From IMG/VR virus record IMGVR_UViG_3300035698_021020, positions 8,391 through 72,390 of that record: a stretch of 64,000 nt of DNA; one strand, 5' to 3'. The position numbers were made by a program, and so were the translations under genes. The DNA comes from a virus. Each line of letters opens with the position of its first letter. Position 1 is the stretch's first letter. Positions 40,348 through 49,586 of the stretch are shown one piece after another. The notes under the pieces were generated by a model, which was not told the DNA's origin, searched no databases, and worked only from the letters and a program-made list of their open reading frames with translations.

Positions 40348-41172
40348 ATGCTACTTACCTCTTTTACTGAATGGAAAGCGAAACTGTTCGAAAGTGACAA
40401 AGCTGATAAGACTTCTGAGATAACGCTTACTGATATTTGGAGAGGATATGATGTTTTAAAATTTGGAGCTAGACAGATATCGCCAACCTCGGCACTAAAG
40501 ACGATTCAGAAAAAAATATTGATAAATTTGAATGGTAATCCTAAAAATAAGGATTGGGCAATTAAGAACAAATTTACAGTAGATGGAGACTTTGGTAAAA
40601 CTACTGCAGCTGCTTTAGGCATGGTGTTAACAGGAAAGCCATTCACGGATCCTACTAATCTTTCAATAGGACCAAACACATTAAAGAAATTAGGCTTCCT
40701 AGAGCCACCTAAATATTCATTAGATGTAACATTAATGGCTACAACTCTAGTAGTTGAAGCTGGTGGAGGAGGAAAGAAAGAAATACAAGCAATAAGTAAC
40801 GTGATTGCTAATAGAGTAGTAGCTAGAAAGAAATATTCAGCAATCCAAATAATATTAGAAAAGGGTCAATTCTCTCTATGGAATCCATATGATAGATCAT
40901 CAAAGGATAAATTATTAAATAGTGCTATGCGTCATTGGAGGCCAGAAAATAAGAAGAATTGGAAATATTCAGTAAATATGGCCAAAACTATTTTAAATAA
41001 AGCGGCCTTTGAAGATAATACTAGAGGAGCGACTCACTATTTTAATAAAGAAATCGTTTTTCCAAAATGGGCTAAAGTTCCTACTTGGAAAAAGCACGAG
41101 ACTGGATTAATTCATACATTCGGCAGAGATACTTCAGTATCATGGGCTAAAAACCCAGTATTAAGAGCTTAA
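40348..41172 (+). CDS. cell wall hydrolase (SleB/Hydrolase_2-like) with peptidoglycan-binding domain
   Basis: VDGDFGKTTAAAL PG-binding motif; EAGG...VIANRV...GQFSLWN...DNTRGATHYF...P.WA...HTFG; likely start ATG 40348 after the promoter. Confidence 0.82.
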   Translation: MLLTSFTEWKAKLFESDKADKTSEITLTDIWRGYDVLKFGARQISPTSALKTIQKKILINLNGNPKNKDWAIKNKFTVDGDFGKTTAAALGMVLTGKPFTDPTNLSIGPNTLKKLGFLEPPKYSLDVTLMATTLVVEAGGGGKKEIQAISNVIANRVVARKKYSAIQIILEKGQFSLWNPYDRSSKDKLLNSAMRHWRPENKKNWKYSVNMAKTILNKAAFEDNTRGATHYFNKEIVFPKWAKVPTWKKHETGLIHTFGRDTSVSWAKNPVLRA

Positions 41173-42848
41173 TAATTGATTGTTGTAAACTCGCCATCTA
41201 TGAAATTGATATGCTGAGCTTTTCCAGACTTATGAATAATAATATGAGACTGTAACCATGCGCTAGCACCAATATTGTATCCCATTCGCATAACAGTTGA
41301 GGTACCTACAGCTAATGCTCCATCCTTTCTTCCTGGTGAGTGATAATGTCCTACTATTATCTTAGTATTAAGCTTTCTGAATTGTTGTAATGATCCTCTG
41401 CTTCCGCTTGTTCCAACATCTCCATGTTGAGCTAATTCCCAATCTTTAACAATATAACTATCACTTCTTCCTAGAGTAATGAAAGTAGGAAACTTCTGTT
41501 CGATAAGTATTGGAATAACTCCTTTAATCTCATCATTTCTGTATTGATTAGCATGTTGTTCTAATAACAATTGGCTAAATTGCATATACTCTAATGAGTT
41601 CTTAGAAGTGGATTGTTTCTTCCAATCTCCATCACGTAGCCATCTATCTAAGAAATCATCGTGATTACTTCTAACAATGACGACATTATTATAATGTTGA
41701 AAGTCTTCAAGACCGGTCAACATATAATCTACTTCTCTACGTAATGAATTTGATCCATTTATCTCTTTTCCATATTGAGCAAATGGGTCCTTTGATTCAT
41801 GATGATTTATAGACTTGCCGTCAAATACATCGTGTAGAACCACATGATCTGGATTAACTGTATCCAAAAATCTATGTGTCTCACGCATTACTTCTTTATC
41901 TTCATATCCATAATGGATGTCTCCTAATACGCAAGCTTCAAGTTTTTCTATTCGAGTTACATTAGATATGCCTTCCCATTTCACCGGTTCTGCACCTAAA
42001 TTAGCTTTAGTCCATTCAGCTTTTTCTCTAGCTGTACTGAATAAAATAGGTACATATTCGCCAGTTGATTTTATATCGTATATTAAATCTGAGAAGTCTC
42101 CATTTGCATCTGCTGATACTTGACGTATAAAGAAAGTTTCGTCATCTTTTATCTCAATAATAGCAAAACCTAAAGTATGATGAAATTCTCCTTTCTTTCC
42201 GGCTTTAGAATCTGTGTAATTCTTAACTGTACATGCTCCTGTCGTAACCATCATTTTAGGTTTACAACCATCTAAGACAGCACACATTTCCATTTGAAGT
42301 TTAGGCGAGCCGAATACACATGAATTAACTCCACTCATACCTTGCATTCCAGTCATTGGATTAACTGCAGTTGGTTGAATCTTAACATCAGACATGATTG
42401 ATACATATTTATGTACATTGTGTCTAGCTGCATCCAGATATGGAATTAAAATTTCGCTCCATACATCAGCTTTTTGCGTTGAGCCTAATGTTGTTGAATT
42501 TCGATATCTTCCTGCAATAACATGAATATCTGCTTTTCTAAATTTAGCATATTCTTGTACACTTGCGAAGAATCGTTCATGTGCTGGAGTATTATTCTGA
42601 GCATATGTAATAAAGAAAGTCTTAGTTTTCTTGTCGAATTTCTTAGTCCTAGCTTTGATTAATTCGTCAGATTCAACATCCGCCTTTTGTTTTAGACCTA
42701 ATTCTACTGCCCATCTAGCAACAGTTCTATGTGACTTATCGATATATTCTGATAAGACTGATATGCGCTGTGACCATGGAATAGCTGAATCATAATAAAC
42801 TTTTTTGAAAAATGCTTTATTTGCTGTAGTTAGTTCTTCAAATTTCAT
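41169..42848 (-). CDS. calcineurin-like metallophosphoesterase with N-terminal HTH-like region
   Basis: GDIH, HDVFDG, SNHD, QHGD, GHYHSP. Confidence 0.75.
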   Translation of the reverse strand: MKFEELTTANKAFFKKVYYDSAIPWSQRISVLSEYIDKSHRTVARWAVELGLKQKADVESDELIKARTKKFDKKTKTFFITYAQNNTPAHERFFASVQEYAKFRKADIHVIAGRYRNSTTLGSTQKADVWSEILIPYLDAARHNVHKYVSIMSDVKIQPTAVNPMTGMQGMSGVNSCVFGSPKLQMEMCAVLDGCKPKMMVTTGACTVKNYTDSKAGKKGEFHHTLGFAIIEIKDDETFFIRQVSADANGDFSDLIYDIKSTGEYVPILFSTAREKAEWTKANLGAEPVKWEGISNVTRIEKLEACVLGDIHYGYEDKEVMRETHRFLDTVNPDHVVLHDVFDGKSINHHESKDPFAQYGKEINGSNSLRREVDYMLTGLEDFQHYNNVVIVRSNHDDFLDRWLRDGDWKKQSTSKNSLEYMQFSQLLLEQHANQYRNDEIKGVIPILIEQKFPTFITLGRSDSYIVKDWELAQHGDVGTSGSRGSLQQFRKLNTKIIVGHYHSPGRKDGALAVGTSTVMRMGYNIGASAWLQSHIIIHKSGKAQHINFIDGEFTTINY

Positions 42849-42871
42849 TCGTGATAAACTTTTATTAATTA

Positions 42872-42899
42872 CTTATACCACAAAAGGAAAATCAAGTTT
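42872..42899 (-). promoter_or_regulatory. putative promoter AAAC-N17-GTATAAG
   Basis: Recurrent motif upstream of 42848. Confidence 0.6.
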
Positions 42900-42901
42900 T
42901 A

Positions 42902-44839
42902 CTATTGATTTTCCTCTGTAGTTTCATTATTCTCCTCGGAAGTAATGATATTGCCAATTGCTGATAGTCCTTTAAAGGTGACTTGAGATTCATTTAACTT
43001 AGTATATTCACGTTCTTCTTTAATAGCAGCATCTTCAGTCGTTCCTTCTAATTCATTTCTAAGATTAAAAAACTCTGAAGCGATAGATTTTGGAACCTTC
43101 TTCTTAAATTCTTGAAAATTAGAATCTCTAATTAATGCTAACAAATCAGATGAAGCTACATAAGTAGGAAGCTCTATTAATTTGAAATCATCCATGAATT
43201 TGAATGGGATTCTTCTTTTCTTTATGTGATCTAATTGAACTGCGAAATCTTTAATTCGCTTTTCAGTTGTTCCCCATAAGACTGGTTTATAATCTGATTG
43301 AATTGCATCAATTACTTCCTCAATTTGACCAGAAGAAATTATTTTAATCTCAATTATATCTTGTGAATACTCTTGTTGAACTTTAGAAAGCATTGTTTTA
43401 GTTTGCTTTAAAGTAAATGGAGAAGTTTTAGTTTGAGAATCTGATTTGATTGCAATCAACACAGTCTTATGTCCATTTTCAGCATTCAATTTCTGAGTAG
43501 CCTTAATATGACCTATTGAAATAGGCTGAAATTTCCCAATTAAAATATTAACAGAAGTTACTTTATGTTTTCTAGATCTATTTCTAACTGATTCTTGTTC
43601 GCTAACTAATCCGCTTCCAACTGATACTCCGATGAATTCTTTGAAACTTGGGAATAAGCCCTCATAAACTGCATCTCCCATTATAATATTCTTAATCTTC
43701 TTAATAACGAGGTTCAACTGATTAAGCAATTCTGGAGTAAAGAATCCAGCTTGTGATTTCTTTCGAGTTCTTCTAAAGAAATTCAATAGAATTTTGTATA
43801 TCTCAGTATATGTTTCATTATTCGCAATAATTGACTTTACTTCTGGATCATTAATCAATTCAGTATTTAAAGCAAATTCAGGTCTCTTTAAATAATCTGG
43901 AACTTCTAACATAAGTCCTTTATATTTTGAGCTATATTCCTTAATAAAATCTTTGAATATCTTATTTATAAGATTCAAATACTTCTCATCAAAGGTTGAA
44001 CCTGAGTTAGCTGCTTGTGTTAATTCCGAAATATCATAAAGCTCAATATGGTTCATAATATCTAATATGATGAGCCAAATATAATCTTGTGAAACATTCG
44101 GTTTAGCTTCATTATCTTTAAGTCTCTGTTGGAATACCGGATCCATGATCTTTGCTAAGAAAACTCGTTCTTCTGGATTTTCCGAAGCATCGTCATAAAA
44201 TCTAAATACAATAGTATCTATATCTCTACCACCAGTGATGAAGGATTCATCAGCTAGAATCGATAGAATATATTTAGTGAATGATTTAGTTCTGAATTTA
44301 TCATTAAGTTCATCTAACGGAGTATATATAAATTCCAATATATCAGAGCGTTGCTCATCATCTAAATGACCTTCAAATACGATTGGAGGTCTTTCTACTT
44401 CTAAGTAATCTGCCCATTTGTCAAGTTGTTCCTTAGTCTGAACAGTCTTTAAAATATTTCCTGAATCATCTAATCGATGAATATAAGAAAGCATCAAGTC
44501 ATTCTTAGGAATAACCTTAAGTCCTTGTTCATATGCATCTCCTCTAGTAAAATATTGAAATCCGAAATAGAAGTTAGATAGAATTCTATTACGCTTTTCT
44601 GGTGACATACTGTTAAAGTATGATATTGCTGGATTGTAGTACTTCATTAGCACTCTATCCACATAACTAATTTCACCTGATTTTTTGAAGTATTGGAATC
44701 TATCATCTTTGCTTTTCTTTACACCAAAGAAGGCACCATCTATTCTCTCATTTATGATAACATAATTGTTGAGTAGACCGGTTAGAAAGTCTTTACCTTT
44801 CTTCTCATAAATCTCACGTAAATTGTTTATTCCTGCCAT
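42902..44839 (-). CDS. protein with N-terminal ligase-like domain and C-terminal HIGH-type nucleotidyltransferase-like domain
   Basis: INERIDGAFFG (ligase motif I-like, K replaced by R); IGKFQPISIGHIK...SPFT. Confidence 0.55.
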   Translation of the reverse strand: MAGINNLREIYEKKGKDFLTGLLNNYVIINERIDGAFFGVKKSKDDRFQYFKKSGEISYVDRVLMKYYNPAISYFNSMSPEKRNRILSNFYFGFQYFTRGDAYEQGLKVIPKNDLMLSYIHRLDDSGNILKTVQTKEQLDKWADYLEVERPPIVFEGHLDDEQRSDILEFIYTPLDELNDKFRTKSFTKYILSILADESFITGGRDIDTIVFRFYDDASENPEERVFLAKIMDPVFQQRLKDNEAKPNVSQDYIWLIILDIMNHIELYDISELTQAANSGSTFDEKYLNLINKIFKDFIKEYSSKYKGLMLEVPDYLKRPEFALNTELINDPEVKSIIANNETYTEIYKILLNFFRRTRKKSQAGFFTPELLNQLNLVIKKIKNIIMGDAVYEGLFPSFKEFIGVSVGSGLVSEQESVRNRSRKHKVTSVNILIGKFQPISIGHIKATQKLNAENGHKTVLIAIKSDSQTKTSPFTLKQTKTMLSKVQQEYSQDIIEIKIISSGQIEEVIDAIQSDYKPVLWGTTEKRIKDFAVQLDHIKKRRIPFKFMDDFKLIELPTYVASSDLLALIRDSNFQEFKKKVPKSIASEFFNLRNELEGTTEDAAIKEEREYTKLNESQVTFKGLSAIGNIITSEENNETTEENQ

Positions 44840-44851
44840 GATGTGTATTGA

Positions 44852-45445
44852 TTATAGATCGCTATTATCTATCTCTGGCTTAACCTCAGCCTTTGGCTTC
44901 TCTTCTACTTCTTTTTCTACTTCTGGTTTAGCCTCTTTCTTAGGTCCATTTTCTTCTTCTTTTCGATGAAGTTCTGTTCTAATACTCTTTGAGTCCATAC
45001 TAATTGTAATACTTTGGATGCTATCTGCATCTTCTTTATTCTTAAGGAAGTATTTTAAAAGTTTCTTAAGATTCATATTAAGTGACTCTTCTCCGAAACC
45101 GCCAGTCTCACTTATTTTGTCCTTTAATTCTTTAGTAGCTTCCCAGCTTCCTTTGTAACTAATTGACCAAACATAAAATCTAACGTCTTCATCCTTACTT
45201 CCGTAATAATGATCATGGTCTTTAATCTTTTGGATTGCGCCATTTGCATCTCGATAAGTAGTAGTTCTACCTAAAGTATCAGTCGGCACTCCGAATCTCA
45301 CACTATCAGGAAGAACTTGCATTAGTTCTTCAATACGTTCAATGATTTGACCAGACTTATAACCTTTTAAAGGTTTGCCCTTTTTATCGCTGTGTTCGTC
45401 TTGTTCCTTTAGATATTCGGTGAATCCTATAACTCTTCTACCCAT
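44852..45445 (-). CDS. hypothetical protein with capsid-targeting-like N-terminus
   Basis: RVIGFTEYLKEQ; late promoter at 45463-45470. Confidence 0.6.
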   Translation of the reverse strand: MGRRVIGFTEYLKEQDEHSDKKGKPLKGYKSGQIIERIEELMQVLPDSVRFGVPTDTLGRTTTYRDANGAIQKIKDHDHYYGSKDEDVRFYVWSISYKGSWEATKELKDKISETGGFGEESLNMNLKKLLKYFLKNKEDADSIQSITISMDSKSIRTELHRKEEENGPKKEAKPEVEKEVEEKPKAEVKPEIDNSDL

Positions 45446-45465
45446 TGTGATAGATTTTTTATTAT

Positions 45466-46083
45466 TTATCCTAAGACTGGAATGCTATTCACTATATTAT
45501 TCATAGTCTTATTAAACCTAGCAATACTCTCTTCATCAAAGTTATTATTGAAATATTCCAATGAATTATTTCTAGTAGTATCAGCCATATGTCTAGTCAT
45601 CTGATAATATACTTTAGAAAAGTATCTAGATTCTATTTCAGGATTCTCGAAATTGTCAAAATAGTCATGTGATTTATCACGATCTGAATCATTAAGATCT
45701 GCTGATCTAGTTATATGTAATACACTTACGTCATGAAATAACTCAGAATTACTTAAAACAGCTTCAAATTCATCCATTAATCTTCCTTCATGCATTCTAC
45801 GTCTATACATAGACCAAACATATGCTGAGAAAATCGACCTGTCAAATACTAGAATCTTATCTTTAAATATCGTATTATTCAATTCAAAAATAGTTAGAAC
45901 ATTTGCTATGCTGAAGTAATGTATTCCAGGACCAGTCTCTTGATCCTCTAGTCCTAAGTCGCTCAAATACTTTGAGAATTGGAACTTATAATATTGAACA
46001 CGCGGGTCTGTATTTTGTGCAAAGAATGCATCCATTAAATGCGTTTTTCCCACGTGCCTACTACCTTCTACTAATATTAACAT
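45466..46083 (-). CDS. thymidylate-kinase-like P-loop (d)NMP kinase
   Basis: ILVEGSRHVGKT, VFDRSIFSAYVW. Confidence 0.75.
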   Translation of the reverse strand: MLILVEGSRHVGKTHLMDAFFAQNTDPRVQYYKFQFSKYLSDLGLEDQETGPGIHYFSIANVLTIFELNNTIFKDKILVFDRSIFSAYVWSMYRRRMHEGRLMDEFEAVLSNSELFHDVSVLHITRSADLNDSDRDKSHDYFDNFENPEIESRYFSKVYYQMTRHMADTTRNNSLEYFNNNFDEESIARFNKTMNNIVNSIPVLG

Positions 46084-46126
46084 TCGTTTAATTTTTTTAA
46101 ATATCGTGGGCCTTCAATCATTAAAA

Positions 46127-46678
46127 TCATATCAGTATTACTTTTTTAGCACCGCTTATTTGAATATTGTCAATCTTGAACATGTTAGACTTATCAACCA
46201 AATATAGTTTTACCTCATATGCATGTTCAACACTATTAAAATAGTCTTGATACAATGAAAGCTGATGAATAGAATCTTCATAAATCTCAATGACATTAAT
46301 ATTCGGACGAGCCTCCAGCATTATGATAACTTCATCTACTTTTGGGGTTCTTCGTCCTAAGAAATGAAATTCGTTAAATTTAATGCTTCTATTACTTAGA
46401 ACTAACTTAACTTCTTTTTCTACTTCTTTAACTCTGTGAGTTATTAAAGTTTGAAAGGTCTTCATATCTCCTCTGCCTTCTTTCCACGCATCATATACTG
46501 GTCCAACCATTTGAATGTTGTATACATTATCATTTAATGAATTCGGGTGGTCATAAAAGTCATACGGGTGTGTGAACGTTATTTCTGAATTTTCTGCTAG
46601 TCTTTTGCTAGCATAACTAGGGACTCGAACGAATGTCTCGTCAAAGTCAAATACTTGTAATCGATTATATTGTTCCAT
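46127..46678 (-). CDS. HAD-family protein (RNA-repair-associated HAD-like)
   Basis: VFDFDETF..P, LITHR, K, IYEDS; likely start ATG 46678 after promoter 46687-46713. Confidence 0.65.
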   Translation of the reverse strand: MEQYNRLQVFDFDETFVRVPSYASKRLAENSEITFTHPYDFYDHPNSLNDNVYNIQMVGPVYDAWKEGRGDMKTFQTLITHRVKEVEKEVKLVLSNRSIKFNEFHFLGRRTPKVDEVIIMLEARPNINVIEIYEDSIHQLSLYQDYFNSVEHAYEVKLYLVDKSNMFKIDNIQISGAKKVILI

Positions 46679-46718
46679 GTACCTGTCTTCTACAGATAAA
46701 TAATAAAAAGTTTTCAAC

Positions 46719-47207
46719 TTGGGCAAACTCAAATACATAATGCTGCGTGAAGAACTTATCGAAGATGAGGCAGAAACTTCTGAGGGTACTTGGAATCATA
46801 TTCGAGATGCAATACAAACAAAAGTTCCATTTGTCATAATCACATTTAAGACTAAGGAAAGCTGTAATGCTGCAATTAAAACAGATCTTAGAGAATATAA
46901 TGTGACTCGTCAATTAAATATTCTGTATAGAAATAATGATAAGTTGAAATACCCATCCGTTTTCTTCGTATTAAATAAAGACTTTGACTTTAAAGAAAGA
47001 GTTAAGGATCTATTTGAGAAATATGATGTTCGAATGATTATTATTGGAGTACAGAATGGAGATTCATCTACTGTTTACTTTGAAGATGGCTCGTCTAGTA
47101 ATTATGGAAACGAAGTAGTCAATGTGCTTGACCAAGCTGAATTCCAAAATGAGGATCACTTCAAAGTAGGTTCAATGCATTACCAATTCGTAGAATTTAA
47201 AAAATAA
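46719..47207 (+). CDS. hypothetical protein
   Basis: 162 aa; late promoter at 46695-46702. Confidence 0.6.
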   Translation: MGKLKYIMLREELIEDEAETSEGTWNHIRDAIQTKVPFVIITFKTKESCNAAIKTDLREYNVTRQLNILYRNNDKLKYPSVFFVLNKDFDFKERVKDLFEKYDVRMIIIGVQNGDSSTVYFEDGSSSNYGNEVVNVLDQAEFQNEDHFKVGSMHYQFVEFKK

Positions 47208-47232
47208 ACTATTATACTACTTTGAGTATAAG
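47206..47232 (+). promoter_or_regulatory. putative promoter AAAC-N16-GTATAAG
   Basis: Recurrent motif upstream of uvsY/uvsW. Confidence 0.6.
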
Positions 47233-47250
47233 ATATAAAACATTGATTAA

Positions 47251-47709
47251 ATGAGCGATGTTGCAAAATCAGAAAAGGAATTAACTCCACAAGAAAAAAT
47301 GGCTGCTCGCTTTGAAACAGAGCGAAGTAAAGTATCAAAGGAAATTTACGAAAATATTGGCTATCTATCTAGCTTGAATACTCTTGGTCAAGCACAAGTC
47401 AATATGTTATCATTACGACAACGTCTACTTGAGGATAATCATACTCTGTTAGAACATATAACTAAACTTCAAAGAGATTATAGAAAGAAAAGAGCGCTTG
47501 CTCTTGAACAACTCTCAACGAATCAACAATATCGGTTCCAATCTAAGGAAAAAGATGCATTAGTAGATGGAAAGCTTTCCGATACTAAGCAATGGCTTGA
47601 AATGTTTGAAAATCAAGTTCAATTCTTTAATGATACTATGCGAACAGTTGACAACATCATTTTTGGACTCAAAACTCGACTAGATATAGAAAAAACAGTA
47701 GGCATGTAA
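47251..47709 (+). CDS. uvsY: UvsY-like recombination mediator
   Basis: Helical 152 aa protein directly upstream of UvsW; C-terminal TVDNIIFGLKTRLD resembles UvsY. Confidence 0.55.
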   Translation: MSDVAKSEKELTPQEKMAARFETERSKVSKEIYENIGYLSSLNTLGQAQVNMLSLRQRLLEDNHTLLEHITKLQRDYRKKRALALEQLSTNQQYRFQSKEKDALVDGKLSDTKQWLEMFENQVQFFNDTMRTVDNIIFGLKTRLDIEKTVGM

Positions 47710-47711
47710 TC

Positions 47712-48734
47712 ATGCTTAGGTTTAAAATATCTGAGGACAAGAAAACCGTTAAGCTTGTTCATTTCGATCTGAATTCTGAACGGAGCCACCTAGTTTCTTA
47801 CTTCAAAAAGAAATCAAAGAAAGCTGACTTTAATGTGTTGGTTGAACGTGGCATATGGGATGGAATGGATTCATTCTTTAAAGACAACGAGATAAAAATA
47901 GGTCTATGGAAAGAGATCTATAATTTCGCTGACCAATACGGTTATGAAACTGAAATTGAAGGAATAGAGAAGCATCTAAATTTATCATTCACTAAGGAGA
48001 AGTATGACAAGTATGTTACTGATTTACTTGATGGAGTTACTGACGAATTTGGAGAGCCTCTAATTCCAAGAAATTATCAAGCTGAGTCTGCATATAGAGC
48101 AATAAAGTATAAATTCTGTACTCAAGAACTAGCAACTGCTGCTGGTAAGACCTTAATCTTCTACATATTCAATTCATTCCTTAGAGACGCTGGCAAAATT
48201 AACAAAAAGTCAAAGGCTTTGTTAATCGTTCCAAAGGCTGGATTAGTAAACCAGACAGCACTTGCATTTAACAGATTTACAAAGAAAGGGAGAGATCCAC
48301 TTAAGCTTTGCCTAATTGGTGGAAAGAATAAATTCGACCAGAAGATATTTGATGAATCTGAAATGATTATAGCCACTTATCAAAGCCTAAATCATTGGCC
48401 AGAGGAGAGGTTCAAGTCAATTTATTGTGTAGATGTTGATGAATGCTTGCATCCAAGCACTTTAATAACAATGTCGGATTATACTACTAAGTCTATCTCT
48501 AATATTAATATTGGAGATTCCATAATAACAAAGAATGATATGACTGGAGAACTAGAAGTCAGTGAAGTAGATAAAATACATCATAATTTATCTAGTGAAG
48601 AAAATATGTTTGACTTGGAGTTAGAGGATGGGACTAATATATTACTTACTGGTAATCATAGAATTAAATTAGTATCTGGTGAATATATTAGAGTTGATGA
48701 ATTAACTGGAGAAGAAGATATTATGTCCCTCTAA
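47712..48734 (+). CDS. uvsW: UvsW helicase N-extein (244 aa) fused to split intein IntN (96 aa)
   Basis: PRNYQ, LATAAGKT, IVP..LV.Q, ATYQSL, VDVDE then block A CLHPSTLITMSD (from 48444) and block B LTGNHRI. Confidence 0.92.
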   Translation: MLRFKISEDKKTVKLVHFDLNSERSHLVSYFKKKSKKADFNVLVERGIWDGMDSFFKDNEIKIGLWKEIYNFADQYGYETEIEGIEKHLNLSFTKEKYDKYVTDLLDGVTDEFGEPLIPRNYQAESAYRAIKYKFCTQELATAAGKTLIFYIFNSFLRDAGKINKKSKALLIVPKAGLVNQTALAFNRFTKKGRDPLKLCLIGGKNKFDQKIFDESEMIIATYQSLNHWPEERFKSIYCVDVDECLHPSTLITMSDYTTKSISNINIGDSIITKNDMTGELEVSEVDKIHHNLSSEENMFDLELEDGTNILLTGNHRIKLVSGEYIRVDELTGEEDIMSL

Positions 48735-48771
48735 TTTTATGAAGTTCTTTATATAAATAAAAGTAAAGGAA

Positions 48772-49586
48772 ATGACTAAACTCGAATTATATAACCATAT
48801 AAATACAAATAAGTCTAAATTTATTGCTATTTCCGGTAAAAGTATTGATGATAATTTAAAAATTGGTTAGAACAAGAGAAAATATCAATTCCAATACCTA
48901 AAATAACAGTAAATGCAGTATATGACTATCTTTTAAATAATAAAGGAAAATATTGTGCACTTTGTCGTTCTGAAAATAGATTCAAATCTTTAAATTTAGG
49001 ATATACTTTATTTTGTTCAAAGTCGTGTCTTCATAAATGGCGATCTATTAATATGTCTGGTAAAAACAATAATGTCTTTAAAATGTCAAATGAAGCCAAA
49101 TTAATCAGTAGAAAAAGGCAATCTGATACTATGAAACAACTTATATTAGATGGTAAGTTTACACCAACTGTAACAAATAGCTGGTGTAAATCTAGAATTA
49201 AAGTCAATATTTCTAGAAATAGTGAAGATATTATAATATCATGTCGATCATCTTGGGACGCATATTTTCAAATACATAATCCTACTTTTTTATATGAGAA
49301 TGTTAGAATACCATATGAATATTGTGGAAAATTCAAAGTTTATTTAGTAGATTTTGTTGATACTTCTAATAGAAAACTATATGAGATTAAACCAAGTGGA
49401 TTAATTGAGTCTAAAATGAATAGACTTAAAGAACATGCTGCTATTTCTTGGGCTAAATCAAATAATTATACCTTTGAATTTATTACTCAAAAATGGTTTA
49501 AGAAATACTTTGATATATCGAAAATAAAAACGCAGTCTGAATATACTAAAATTAAAAGATTACTATCCCAATTTCATGAAAATTAA
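48772..49586 (+). mobile_element. free-standing homing endonuclease (TnsA-N-like PD-(D/E)XK with zinc ribbon) inside the split intein locus; frameshifted near 48855-48870
   Basis: RSSWDAYF, YENVRIPY, YLVDF..YEIKP; upstream CALC/FCSKSC in the same frame; ATG 48772 is in a different frame that stops at 48870. Confidence 0.75.
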
